Shown: positions 44,637-56,178 of the stretch, piece by piece
How the letters are laid out: every line of letters starts with the position of its first letter
How positions within the stretch are numbered: the stretch's first letter is position 1
Program-made: the position numbers and the translations under genes
Notes under the pieces: model-generated
Told to the model about the DNA's origin: nothing
What the model saw: the letters and a program-made list of their open reading frames with translations, nothing else
Database searches by the model: none
Assembly: GCA_964016885.1 (NCBI GenBank)
Contig: OZ024753.1
Location: 15,624,001 to 15,688,000, forward strand
Length of the DNA stretch: 64,000 bases
Direction: 5' to 3'
DNA from: Eledone cirrhosa
Taxonomy: Eukaryota

Positions 44637-45893
44637 AAATACCCTAGCAACACTGTATGTCAATATAGTACCCCTAAAACTTGCAATACCCTAGCAACAC
44701 TGTATGTCAATATGGTGCGCCTAAAACATGAAATACCCTAGCAACACTGTATGTCAATATGGTGCCCCTAAAACATGAAATACCCTAGCAACACTGTATG
44801 TTAATATGGTGCCCCTAAAACTTGAAATACCCTAGCAACACTATGTCAATATGGTGCCCCTAAAACTTGAAATACCCTAGCAACACTGTATGTCAATATG
44901 GTGCCCCTATAACATGAAATACCCTAGCAACACTGTATGTTAATATGGTGCCCCTAAAACTTGAAATACCCTAGCAACACTATGTCAATATGGTGCCCTT
45001 AAAACTTGAAATACCCTAGCAACACTGTATGTGAATATGGTGCCCCTGAAACATGAAATACCCTAGCAACACTGTGTGTCAATATAGTACCCCTAAAACT
45101 TGCAATATCCGAGCAACACTGTATGTCAATATGGTGCCCCTAAAACATGAAATACCCTAGCAACACTGTATGTCAATATAGTACCCCTAAAACTTGAAAT
45201 ACCCTAGCAACACTATGTCAATATAGTACCCCTAAAACATGAAATACCCTAGCAACACTGTATGTCAATATGGTGCGCCTAAAACTTAAAATACCCTAGC
45301 AACACTGTGTTTCAATATAGTACCCCTAAAACATGAAATACCCTAGCAACAGTATGTCAATATGGTGCCCCTAAAACTTAAAATACCCTAGAAACACTGT
45401 GTGTCAATATAGTACCCCTAAAACTTGAAATACCCTAGCAACACTGTATGCCAATATGGTGCCCCTAAAACTTAAAATACCCTAGAAACACTATGTCAAT
45501 ATAGTACCCCTAAAACTTGAAATACCCTAGCAACACTGAATGTCAATATAGTACCCCTAAAACTTGCAATACCCTAGAAACACTGAATGTCAATATAGTA
45601 GCCCCAAACCTTGCAATACTCTAGCAACACTGAATGTCAATATAGTACCCCTAAAACTTGCAATACCCTAGAAACACTGCATGTCAATATAGTACCCCTA
45701 AGACTTAAAATACCCTAGCAACACTGAATCTCAATATAGTAGCCCTAAACCTTGCAATACCCTAGCAACATTGAATGTCAATATAGTACCCCTAAAACTT
45801 GCAATACCCTAGAAACACTGCATGTCAATATAGTACCCCTAAAACTTGCAATACCCTAGAAACACTGCATGTCAATATAGTACCCCTAAAACT
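44637..45893. repeat. 47-bp minisatellite, about 27 copies (AAATACCCTAGCAACACTGTATGTCAATATGGTGCCCCTAAAACATG)
   Basis: Period 47 (ACCCTAGCAA at 44641 and 44688); some units are 45 bp. Confidence 0.95.
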
Positions 45894-46270
45894 CTCTCAG
45901 GAGTTAGGGGACAATGCATGCAATGTTAGCTTCACTTGACATCGGCATTAGGTTAGTGCTGTCAGTAGAACAGGAGAAACCAGAAACAGGAAATAATCAT
46001 ATTTGAAGAAAACATCAGAGAATTGTACTATGTTTGAAAGTAGAATCCCCAACTTTCTGAAGTGTCAGCATATCAAACTGTATTCTTATAAATTCATTTT
46101 AGCTGCTACAATCATATTAACTCCATTGATATGTGATATATGGCTGTAGCCATATCAATAACTCTAATGAGTTCAATAAGTATTTGGATATGACATTAAT
46201 TAATGAATTATTAATTTCATTAATTCATTAGTCTTTGAACATTACTATTAGAAGAATGCAGCCATGACTG

Positions 46271-46560
46271 TGGAGGCGGGTAGCCTAGTGGTAAGGGTGT
46301 TGGACTTACAAACATAATGTCATGGATTCAATTCTCGGACTGGGTTGCATGTTGTGTTCTTGAGCAAACAATTTCATTTCATGTTGCTCCAGTGTACTCA
46401 GTTGAAAATGAGTCCCAACAATAGCTCTGAAGAGTTAACCCGGTGATGGACTGTTGTCCTGTCCAGGGGGGAGTCCCCTTTTCTCTCAGTCGCTTAACAC
46501 CATGGAAACTGAGAAGTGCACTAGCCTGTAGAAGAACCTCCAGGTTATGTACAGACTTAA
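46271..46560 (+). mobile_element. Diverged tRNA-derived SINE
   Basis: TAGCCTAGTGG A box, degenerate B box, CTTGAGCAAACAATTTCATTTCATGTTGCTCCAG. The 3' part is shared with 46823-47075. Confidence 0.7.
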
Positions 46561-46822
46561 GCAGCCTTAGCTAAGTAGTAAAGAAGTTCAATTTGCAATT
46601 ATGAGGTCCCACGTTTGGTTTAACTACATGGAATTGTGAGCAAGAATCTTTATCTTAACCTTGATGCAATCAAAGTTTTGTAAGTGAAATTGTGTAGATA
46701 GAGACTGCATGGAAGCCCATTATATGTATTTGTACCTGTTAATCAAAAGGGCCCGACATAATACATACTGTGTCATGCTGATTCAGCTTGGTAACTATGT
46801 TAAGAGTACTCAAGACTGTGTG

Positions 46823-47075
46823 AAAGTGCATGGCTTAGTGGTCAGTGTATTGGACATACGGTCATAATGTTGTGGGTTCGATTCCTGAACTGGGTTATGT
46901 GTTGTGTTCCTTAGCAAAACAATTTATTTCATGTTGCTCCAACATACTCAGCTGAAAACAAGTACCAGCAATAATAGCTGGGAGTTTAACCCTGCAAGGG
47001 ACTGGTGCCCTGTCCAGGGGGAAAGTCTTGTATTCTCAGTCAGTTCAGGCCACAGAAACGAATACAAACTTTAGA
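46823..47075 (+). mobile_element. Diverged tRNA-derived SINE
   Basis: TGGCTTAGTGG A box, GGTTCGATTCC B box, and the same body as 46271-46560. Confidence 0.75.
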
Positions 47076-47548
47076 CTTGTGACTGTGGAATACTCAGCCA
47101 CTTACAGATTAATTAAAGAGTTTTTATCAAACAACTAAATGCTCATCATGACTACCAACGAAGGATCCATCACAGTATTAAAATACAACTCTTTTGAAGA
47201 GTGTTTCAATCTCTATATCTCTTACATCATCTTTTCACTACTCAATTGGAACCATTCCATGCATATTGTTAATATTCTTTGAATGCTGCAACATAGAAAT
47301 ACCGAAAGAGCTCAAACAGCACCACCTAGCCGCCCCCCATGGCTGCCATTAGTGGTATTCACTCTACTACAAACATTTAGGTTAGAATTTCTATTGAAAT
47401 ACAACTCTGTTGAATTATCACTATCTCTATCTCATCTTTCATACAGCAATTGAAACCTTTCCATGCATGTTGATAATGTTCTTTGAAAATACATGTTGCA
47501 ACGTAGAAATATCGAATGTTTGGCTGCTTTTAGAGGTGATTACTCAAC

Positions 47549-47661
47549 TGAAAGGACACGGGTCAGGCTTCCACTTTATGGTTAACTTATTTTCTTTTTG
47601 CTCATCAGCCTGGGATGCTCTGAAAATGATGGGGCCATAGGTGTTACTCTTCCTTCCTTGA
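47549..47661 (-). CDS. Candidate internal exon of the minus-strand gene
   Basis: Strong acceptor TTCTTTTTTACTTTATCATTTAG|T; frame QGRKSNTYGPIIFRASQADEQKENKLTIKWKPDPCPF; phase-compatible with 48466-48622. The donor A|GTTGAG is weak, and an in-frame TGA follows. Confidence 0.3.
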
Positions 47662-47910
47662 CTAAATGATAAAGTAAAAAAGAATTCTCAGTCCTGGAAA
47701 CCTCAAGAGAGTTATACATGCTACACTTCCTCTTTGGATTAATACATTATTTCTGACTAACATTTATGATCTGGAATCAAATGAAGACAGGGTCCATGTT
47801 GTTTTCCAAACAATTAAACTGAGAACAGGTGAATAAGGAAATATATATTGAAACAAGGGCCTTTTCAATATGTACAAATCACCCCAAAACTACAAAATGT
47901 CCTCTATTTA

Positions 47911-48303
47911 CGAGGGCAATCCCAAAAGTAAGGTCTCCTTCCGATATTGCAACTTTTCCGTTAAAATCCTGTGGATGGTGCTTCAGGAAACCTCAGGAAC
48001 CAAAATGCAGAGAGCATCCAGAGTGATCCGTCGATCTTTACCAATGTTTTCCTCGGAAGGAGACCTTACTTTTGGGATTGCCCTCTATATAATAACTGCG
48101 CGAAATTCCCCCTTGGCGGTAGTATTCAATGGGAACCCCATTCTCAACAGCTGCCAAGCCAAGATTAAGCGTCCCAGCAAAGCACGTGCATGCTTGTTTG
48201 GGAGTGAAGGAAGCACCAATCACCACAGTGTTGCCAACAACCGTACGAACAGTTTCTCTGCGTCCCCATCGCTTTGGAGACCTTACTTTTGGGATTACCC
48301 TCG
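47911..48303. mobile_element. Tc1/mariner-type MITE composite with one left and two right TIRs
   Basis: TA|CGAGGGCAATCCCAAAAGTAAGGTCTCC at 47911; reverse complements at 48053-48086 and 48276-48303|TA. Confidence 0.85.
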
Positions 48304-48465
48304 TATTTATATACAGTTAAGACTTTAGAATGTTCTGGAAACTCATACTCTGATTGGACCATAATAGATTCACCCAATGACTGATACATGTCTTAGTTTT
48401 GACCAAACCATTTTAGTTGCCAAATATTCACAGATCTGTCCCCCTCCCTCAATGGATTATCTTAC

Positions 48466-48622
48466 ATTTGTAGAAAAGCAATGACTTGGTCTTCCTTGAT
48501 AATTTGAAGGTCATGAGTTCCATTCTCTCCTGTGCATCTTCCTAACAGTTCACCTTTCATCCTCATCAGATCAAAGAAGTGAAGCACTGTTGTTGATATA
48601 ATCGATATTACAATAGTTGTGT
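48466..48622 (-). CDS. Candidate internal exon of the minus-strand gene
   Basis: TTCTAACTCAG|AC...CAAAT|GTAAGA; open frame TTIVISIISTTVLHFFDLMRMKGELLGRCTGENGTHDLQIIKEDQVIAFLQ. Confidence 0.4.
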
Positions 48623-48817
48623 CTGAGTTAGAATTAAATATTTCTCCTAGAACCATGTTTTATTGGCAGTAAACAATAACCCCAGGGAGGGGTTTAGATT
48701 CTATTGGGGAAAATTACCCATGTCCTGCCACATAAAGATCTAATCTTTCAGGCTCATATGTGACAATAACATTTCCCTAATAATTAAAAAGCAGTTAACA
48801 AAATGCATTCTTTTATT

Positions 48818-48982
48818 ATTTTACTTATTTCAGTCATTAGACTATGACCATGCTGGGGCACTACTTTGAAAAGGATTTAGTTAATTATATTGACAAAATA
48901 TTCATTTTTTTAAAACCTAGTGTTTATTTTATCAATCTTTTTTGACAAACTACTGAGTTTGGGGATATAAAAACAGACAAGA
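48818..48982. mobile_element. Diverged interspersed repeat fragment
   Basis: TTTCAGTCATTAGACTATGACCATGCTGGGGCAC resembles an abundant octopus repeat as I recall it; a related remnant lies near 1600-1632. Confidence 0.45.
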
Positions 48983-48995
48983 ACACACATACACA

Positions 48996-49038
<43 letters not shown>

Positions 49039-49130
49039 CCAAAAGTTAAACAAGGTTCATTGATTAATCAATGACTGCCAATACTGGAATTGAACCATCA
49101 GCACAGTTGAGGTATGTCATACATCAATTT

Positions 49131-49202
49131 ATATATTTTATCTGATGAGGACGTACTGAAAAAACAGCACAGTACCTCCAAAATATATATAATAAAATAT
49201 AT
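49131..49202 (+). ncRNA. Minimal type-I hammerhead, probably inactive (G12->A)
   Basis: atatattttat-CTGATGA-ggacgtactg...cagtacctcc-AAAA-tatat-ATA-ataaaatatat; close relative of 61712-61775. Confidence 0.6.
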
Positions 49203-49218
49203 TTTGATTAATTTGAAT

Positions 49219-51156
49219 CATCATCATCATCATGAACGTTTAACGTCCGTGTTCCACGCTTGCATGGGTTTGGACGGGGGTAGTCCCACTTGAGGCAAGA
49301 GTGATTGTCTTGCTCGCATAGGACTGTCTGGCAGGTTTTCTACAGTTGGATGCCCTTCCTAACACCAACCATATTTACAGTGTGGGTCTGGGAGGTTTTT
49401 ACCGTGTTGCCTACACGGCCACATTACAGCGTGGACTGTGTGTTTTTTGTCGTGACACCTACACGATCTCATTTGTTTCGGCCTGGATGGCGCGGCACCA
49501 ACATAACTTTACATAGGACAGGGTGGTGTGGATGGGTGGGGGTGGTGGCGGGACGGGGTGTATTTTGTTAGAGATGCCTACTGGCAAGGCGGGTCTTCTC
49601 TGTTACTGAGTACCGCCAAAGGTCTCGGTCCAGTGACATTGTCTTGGAGAGGTGTAAGTGTGTGAGGTCGGAGTTTATCAGCTCGTCCCAGGTTTTTCTA
49701 GGTCTGCCTATTCCGTGGCTACCGTCTATCTTTATTGCCCTGCACTTTGTTATACAGCTATCGACTTTCATGCGCATCACGTGTCCATACCAACGTAGCC
49801 TTCTCTCGAGTAAACAACATCTGATCCCTCTTATCTCTAATTTTTTCCTTAGTTCGTTTATGCTTTGCCGTTCACGTATATTACTGTTACACATCCAGCG
49901 GAGCATGCAAGCTTCGTTTCTCTCTAGTCTGCGTATATCCTCTGCACACAATGCCCAGGTCTCACTGCCATGCAACATTGCTGTTCGTATGCAGGCATCG
50001 TACAACCTGCCTTTCATTTTTAGGGAGAACCCTTTAGCAGCTAATAGTGGTATAAGCTCTCTGAACTTTTTCCAACCAGTTCTGACTCTAGCTACAGTAC
50101 TTTCAGAGCACCCTCCCCCACTGCTGATTTTATCGCCCAGGTAACGGAAGCTGTCCACTATTTCTATAGAACCCTCTGCGCAATTGAAAGAGCTAGTATT
50201 TTGTGGGCACTTGCTGCTACTTATTGCACCAGAACACCGGCCACATGTAAAATCTATGTTCTTAGTTAGCTTACCTGTGATCCCACTACATCTTTTATGC
50301 ACCCATACTTTGCATTTAGGACATAAAATGGAGTTTCTACCTACGCCTTTCCTACACACCGAGCACGACCATTTCCCAGAAGGGACCGCCGCCTTGTTTT
50401 CTTTCCTACAAACTAGAACTTTGGTCTTAGCCAGGTTAATTTTAAGTCCTTTTGACTCTAGGCCGTGCTTCCATGTTTGGAATTTCTTCTCTAGCTCGGC
50501 CATTGATTCCGCTATGAGTGTCAGGTCGTCTGCGTATAGGAGTTCCCATGGGCAGCCTGTCTTGAACTCCTCTGTTATAGCCTGAAGGGCAAAAATAAAT
50601 AGTAGGGGGCTGAGAACAGAGCCCTGATGGACGCCAACTTTTACGCTAAACTCTTCACTATATTCGTTGTTAATTCTAACCTTGCTGACTGTTTCTTTAT
50701 ACATGGCTTGTATAGCCCTCACAAGCCATTCGTCAACGCCTAGTTTTCTAAGAGCCCACCAGATAATGGAGCGGGGGACTCTGTCGAAGGCTTTCTCCAA
50801 GTCGACAAAAGCTAAGTAGAGGGGTTTACCTTTAGCTAGGAACTTCTCCTGTAGTTGTCGTACTATGAAAAGAGCGTCTGTGGTACTTTTGCCTGACACA
50901 AACCCGAACTGCATTTCATCTAGGTCAATTCTCTCTCTGATTAGTTGCGCTATTACTTTTTCCGTGACCTTCATGACCTGGTCGATTAATTTAATGCCTC
51001 TATAGTTACTCCTATCTAGGGCGTCTCCTTTACCCTTATAACAGTTAACGATGATGCTGCTATGCCAGTCCTTCGGAACAACCCCATTCTGTACGACTTG
51101 GTTAACTATGCGGGTGACCATGGTGTGTCCCACCGTGCCAGATGCCTTCAGCATCT
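49219..51156 (-). mobile_element. 5'-truncated RTE-clade LINE
   Basis: RT ORF plus 3' UTR ending GGACGTTAAACG...(ATG)n. Confidence 0.92.
49568..51154 (-). CDS. RTE-type reverse transcriptase (N-terminally truncated) with a PHD-like finger
   Basis: NYRGIKL, QFGF, FVDLEKAFDRV, GVHQGSVLSPLLF, YADD, FRYLG, HGSETW and RRLRWYGHVMR motifs; C4HC3 finger CSVC..CPKC..H..C..CGRC; 528 codons without a stop. Confidence 0.92.
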   Translation of the reverse strand: MLKASGTVGHTMVTRIVNQVVQNGVVPKDWHSSIIVNCYKGKGDALDRSNYRGIKLIDQVMKVTEKVIAQLIRERIDLDEMQFGFVSGKSTTDALFIVRQLQEKFLAKGKPLYLAFVDLEKAFDRVPRSIIWWALRKLGVDEWLVRAIQAMYKETVSKVRINNEYSEEFSVKVGVHQGSVLSPLLFIFALQAITEEFKTGCPWELLYADDLTLIAESMAELEKKFQTWKHGLESKGLKINLAKTKVLVCRKENKAAVPSGKWSCSVCRKGVGRNSILCPKCKVWVHKRCSGITGKLTKNIDFTCGRCSGAISSSKCPQNTSSFNCAEGSIEIVDSFRYLGDKISSGGGCSESTVARVRTGWKKFRELIPLLAAKGFSLKMKGRLYDACIRTAMLHGSETWALCAEDIRRLERNEACMLRWMCNSNIRERQSINELRKKLEIRGIRCCLLERRLRWYGHVMRMKVDSCITKCRAIKIDGSHGIGRPRKTWDELINSDLTHLHLSKTMSLDRDLWRYSVTEKTRLASRHL

Positions 51157-51176
51157 ATATTTATTAATATTTTGAA

Positions 51177-51215
<39 letters not shown>

Positions 51216-51546
51216 GTGTGTGTGTATGTGTGCGTAAATAATGTGCCACTAAACTCAATACAAATTTTGAAATACTGCCTCATGCAAGCTAAAAACATCA
51301 AGTAGATAAAATTGAAGGTCAAGGAGAATTAGATTGATGGGAACAAAAGCCTCTATATCAGCTGTATGTAGACCAGAGAACATTAGTGGCTGAGGAGTTC
51401 AGGAGTAAGGACAGAAGGGTCAGTGCTATTTGTTCAAGACCAAAGCTTGCTTACCAAAACCTAGCAAGCAAATGCATTACAGATATATAGGTATACAGAA
51501 AATGACACTATTAGACACTAAATGTATATTATATAGAGCAATATAG

Positions 51547-51596
51547 TCTAACCCATGCTAGCGTGGAAGATGGACGTTAAACAAAGATGATGATGA
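51547..51596 (+). mobile_element. Short RTE/SINE 3' tail
   Basis: TCTAACCCATGCTAGCGTGGAAGATGGACGTTAAAC...GATGATGATG; matches 63928-63990. Confidence 0.7.
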
Positions 51597-51890
51597 ATAT
51601 CTACACAATAGAAACAATAACAACATATACAAAAAGACTGCACAAAACCAAGGCACACAAAGCTGTGCTCTTAAGTAATGCAGTGACAGTATTCAATAAA
51701 AATATAACTGATGATAGTAATAGGTTGCATTAGTTTGAATAATGGCAGATATTGTTGTTTCACGGGGAAAAAATATCCATTAACATTCATGAAATAGTAA
51801 CAATGAAAACGAAAAACAATTGACGCAAATGTTGATATATATTTGTGTAAGTAATATATAGCCTATTGTCTGATTTTTATTGCTATTTAC

Positions 51891-51962
51891 CTAATATAAT
51901 CTGTGTATTACTAATGCTGGCACTAATCGCTGTCCAACACAAATGAAGCTGAAACACTCTAC
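51891..51962 (-). CDS. Candidate internal exon of the minus-strand gene
   Basis: T-rich tract ending AATAG|GT...TTAG|GTAAAT; frame RVFQLHLCWTAISASISNTQIIL; ends in phase 1, compatible with 48622. Confidence 0.25.
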   Translation of the reverse strand, partial: VECFSFICVGQRLVPALVIHRLY

Positions 51963-52911
51963 CTATTTGGCCAGCAACAAAACATGACAAATAACAGCAA
52001 TAAAAATAATGTCATTCTCCCAAAAGGTTACAACAGGACATGCATACTTTGAATGTGATGCATAAATAAAAGGTGTTGCTAGAAATGAATAAAGCATTAG
52101 TGGATAAAAAATAATATGACAATCTAAATAAAAGCTTCATTTTACACAAGATTACTAAATATAAGAGAAAATACATAAATGATCCCAAGAGGAATATATT
52201 TCCATGCTATAAACCTACTTCACAGCTACACTATACTTTGGAAATGAAACTGTCACATAACATAGTATGTAAAATATCAAGAGAAAAAATAATCTTAATA
52301 CAGAAGAGACTTTAGATCCCAGTAGACTAACAAATTGAAGGAGATATATCCAGCCATAGAGAGCATGCCAAATAGTCGGGAGAGCTGTTTAGCCATATCA
52401 AGGACATGACAGCTCTACTCTCTAGTATTGGTGATCTACATGATAAATGCACTCAGTACATGCTGTAAAGTGGTTGGTAATAGGAAGCTTGCCAGAAAAA
52501 GGGTTGGAAGGATCCTCAGTTGTATTAGAGATATGACAACATCCCCTGTGCGTATGGAAGAACATGTGACCATACATAAATGAAACCACAGATCCCTGGC
52601 GAGTCTGGGAGATCAGTAGCCCCTCCTTCAGTACTAACGTGGACTTCATAGACCCATCCAACCCTTGCTAGGGTTGATAATTATAAACAATGATGGTGTT
52701 GATAGTTATACAAAAGACAAAACACAAGCACAATACAATTATAAACACTGGCCAACAGAAACAACCAAGATAGATTTAGCACAATAAAATGAAATTAAGA
52801 TGAAATCTAGATATGTCTGCTAATAACCAACCATTGGAAACCAAACTAGGATGGTATGGACTGTCATTTCTGTTAGTGCCATGATGATGATGGTAGTGTT
52901 GCATACGGTGT

Positions 52912-53247
52912 ATCATTTCATTTTTTATGTCCGCTTTTTCCCTGCTTGCAAAGCTGGGACGGGAACTGATTCTGGCTTGATTTCTACAGCTGGATGCCCT
53001 TCCTAACACCAACCTCATTTACAGTGAGTGCTGGGTGCTTTTTTGCCGTGGCACCTCCACGACCACTTTGCAGTGGAATGATAGGGACCCCAGTCCCTAT
53101 CATCTCATTTCTACAGCTGAGTAAACTGGAGCAATGTGAAATAAAGTGTCTTGCTCAAGGAAACAACACACCACCCGGTCTGAGAATTGAACTCACAACC
53201 TTTCGATTGCAAGGCCAATGCTCTAACCACTAAGCCATGTGCCTCCA
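52912..53247 (-). mobile_element. Full-length tRNA-derived SINE with RTE tail
   Basis: Near-identical reverse complement of 4213-4546. Confidence 0.9.
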
Positions 53248-53449
53248 TTCGCCTCCATGTGCCACCATTGGTGTATCTGAAAGGATTTTACAATAAAATG
53301 CACCTAGTGCATTTGGTAATGTGCAGGAACATATCGGTGAGATGCAAACCTCCCTCATGCTGGCACCATGATAAAATGCACTTAGCAAAGTAGAGAAACA
53401 TATGTAAGTAAGATGCAGTCACCTGATGTAGTCCTTCGATGCATTCACA

Positions 53450-53829
53450 AGATGCAGACCCCCCGATGTAGTGCCAAGATGTGGTCCCCAGATGCAGACC
53501 CCAGGTGTAATCCCCAGATGCAGACCCCAGATGTACTCCTCAGATGTAATCCCCAGATGTAGTCCCCAGACACAGACACCAGGTGTAATCCCCAGATGCA
53601 GACCCCAGATCTACTCCTCAGATGTACTCCCCAGGTGTAATCCCCAGATGTAGTCCCCAGACGCAGACTCCAGGTGTAATCCCCAGATGCAGACCCCAAA
53701 TGCAGACCCCAGATGTACTCCTCAGATGTACTCCCCAGATGTAGTCCCCAGACGCAGACTCCAGGTGTAATCCCCAGATGCAGACCCCAAATGCAGACCC
53801 CAGATCTACTCCCCAGATGTAGTCCCCAG
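53450..53829. repeat. 13-bp minisatellite (CCCCAGATGCAGA / CCCCAGATGTAGT / CCCCAGGTGTAAT)
   Basis: Direct reading. Confidence 0.9.
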
Positions 53830-54050
53830 TTTATATGAGTACTCAGTAGAGTGTTGGGGAATGTAATGTATACAAGATGAAGGCCTTGGTTTGTCTGATG
53901 AGTCAGTAGCTCCACACGAGTTCTCATTTGGTCTGTGACGACTCACCCAACTCTTGCTAACAGGGAAAAATGGTGATGAAGATGGTAATGAAGATGATGA
54001 TGATGGTGATGATAATGATGATGATGATGGTGATGATGATGATAATAATC

Positions 54051-54257
54051 GTTTCTGATTTAGGCACAAGACCAACAATTTTCAGGGGTGGGGAGCTTGA
54101 TTATATTAACTCCAGTGCATTACTGGTACTTTATTTTATTGACCTCATAAGTATGAAAGGCAAAGTTAAACTTGGTGAAATTTGAACTCAGAGTATAAAG
54201 GGATGTAACTATATGCCACAAAGCATGTTGGCCGACGCTCTACCAATTCTACTGCCA
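54051..54257 (-). mobile_element. Diverged second SINE family, flanked by (GAT)n tracts
   Basis: ATGAAAGGCAAAGTTAAACTTGGTGAAATTTGAACTCAGA is the reverse complement of the 44455-44495 motif. Confidence 0.65.
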
Positions 54258-54839
54258 ATGCATGATGATGATAATAAGGATGATAATGATAACGCTCATA
54301 ATGATATTAATTATGTTAATGATGATGATAATAAAAATGATGATGATGATGATGATGATGATGATATGAATGGTAATGCTGATGATGATGATGATGATGA
54401 TATGAATGGTAATGCTGATGATGATGATGTTAATGATTGTTAATAATGATTGATAATGGTGATTTCTGGCGAATATGTTGATTAACTAGGAACACTCTTG
54501 TTGTTATTGCCTCAATGGGGAAATAAAGAATAGCTTTGACAATTGATGATAAATGTTGACATTAGAAATTAAATTAAAAATTTAATTTGTGAATGAAATT
54601 GAAAAGAAATCTATTCTGATATAATAAAATTGAGTGAAATTGATTCAATCTCATATCTGACCTTCTTGGATATAAAACAGAAACAAAAGACAAATTAGAA
54701 GACAGGTGGCTTCGGAAGGAATTGACAAAACAAAAATGTTTAAAGTCTGTTCTGGGACTGGAGGCTCTAAAAGTGGTTGGTAAAAGGAAGGGTTTCCAGC
54801 TATAGAAAGCTTACAAATAAAGTATCTTGGGAACACTTT

Positions 54840-55117
54840 TGTTGCACCATAGACATAACATTTTAGTAAGTTGGTCACAGGGTTATTTACTTTGGTAAAC
54901 ACCACTGCAGGCCAACCACTAATTTAATTTGATACAGATATAATAAGGTTAACAAACTCGCTCGTGAGTGAACTGTCTCAGAGCTGGTCGCCAAAGAAGC
55001 CAAGATGTCTCTTTTCTCCCTCCTTTATAATTCCTAAACCGGAAGTTCAAGGAATCCTCTAGAATTCAACGGGAAGTAACTCCAGCTACTTCCCTTTGTC
55101 TAGAGAACGCCACAACA
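54840..55117 (-). mobile_element. Possible solo-LTR-like remnant
   Basis: TGTTG...CAACA termini, with TATAAAG and ATTAAA on the minus strand. No target-site duplication seen. Confidence 0.25.
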
Positions 55118-55521
55118 TCCTCAGTATTGTTGGGGATATATAAAATAAATGAACACAACACAGTCTATAAAATTGCTGATTCTATGGGAAGTAACTCTAG
55201 CTACTTCCCTTTCACTAGAGAGCGCTACAATAGGAAGGGTATCAAGCCATATAAAACAAAAACTGGTGAAGAAAAGGCCAGGAGGACATATCAGCTGTGT
55301 GAAAGACATAACTTCTTTAGTGTTGGTGGCAGAAAGGAGACACAGAAGAGGAAGAGCAAGGAAAACCTAAGCAGAAGAGGTGAGATCTGATATTAAATCA
55401 GTGAATCTCAGAGAGGAGGTAGGAAGATGGACAGTGGAAGGATGCTGTGCAGATAAAAACCTGTCTAACCCAGGTATGAAAAGGTCGGCATAGAATTGAC
55501 ATAATAAGGGTGATGATGATT

Positions 55522-56065
55522 CACACACACATATACACTCCCACTCACACAGATACATGCATACACAGTTACACACACACAGAGATATACATGCATATGC
55601 ACACACACAGATACGCACGCACGCACAAAGAAATACATGCATACACACATACAAATATACATACATGCACACACACACACAGATATGCACAAGCACACAG
55701 ACATACATGCAGACACACACACACACAGAGATATACACGCACACACATACAGATACACACACTCGCAGATGTACATGCAGACACACACACACACAGATAT
55801 GTGCTGACACAAACACACAGATATACACGCATATGCACACACACACACATGCACACCGATATACACCCATACACACAGATATACATGTATACACAAAAAC
55901 ACACACTGACACACCCACACACAGCCACATACACTGACACTCAGATATACACACACATGCACACACACACACACACACACACACTGACACACAGATATAT
56001 ACACACACACTCACACACTGACCACAGATACACACAGAAACACTGATACACAGATATATACACAC

Positions 56066-56096
<31 letters not shown>

Positions 56097-56178
56097 TGCA
56101 CACACATACACATGCACACACACACTGTGACACACACACACACACGCACGCACACACACACGCACACACACACACATA
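55522..56178. repeat. Compound (CA)n microsatellite
   Basis: Direct reading. Confidence 0.95.

Noticed and set aside
8466-45893. CRISPR-like array
   Set aside because: Head-to-tail units with no unique spacers, no cas genes, and a eukaryotic context.
44670-45910. Telomeric CCCTAA/TTAGGG signal
   Set aside because: One isolated hexamer per unit and no tandem telomeric array.
51455-51460. 6-nt microexon (GCTAG|GTTTTG|GTAAGC, minus strand)
   Set aside because: Splice-like motifs only; this cannot be supported without RNA data.
53895-53945. CTGATGA as another hammerhead
   Set aside because: No GAAA/NUH half follows. The CTGANGA hits near 5156, 46428, 47602, 48563 and 51390 likewise lack GAAA or a stem II.
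54651-54905. 84-aa ORF as an exon
   Set aside because: It overlaps a decayed SINE/RTE tail motif (54773-54809) and the LTR-like remnant.
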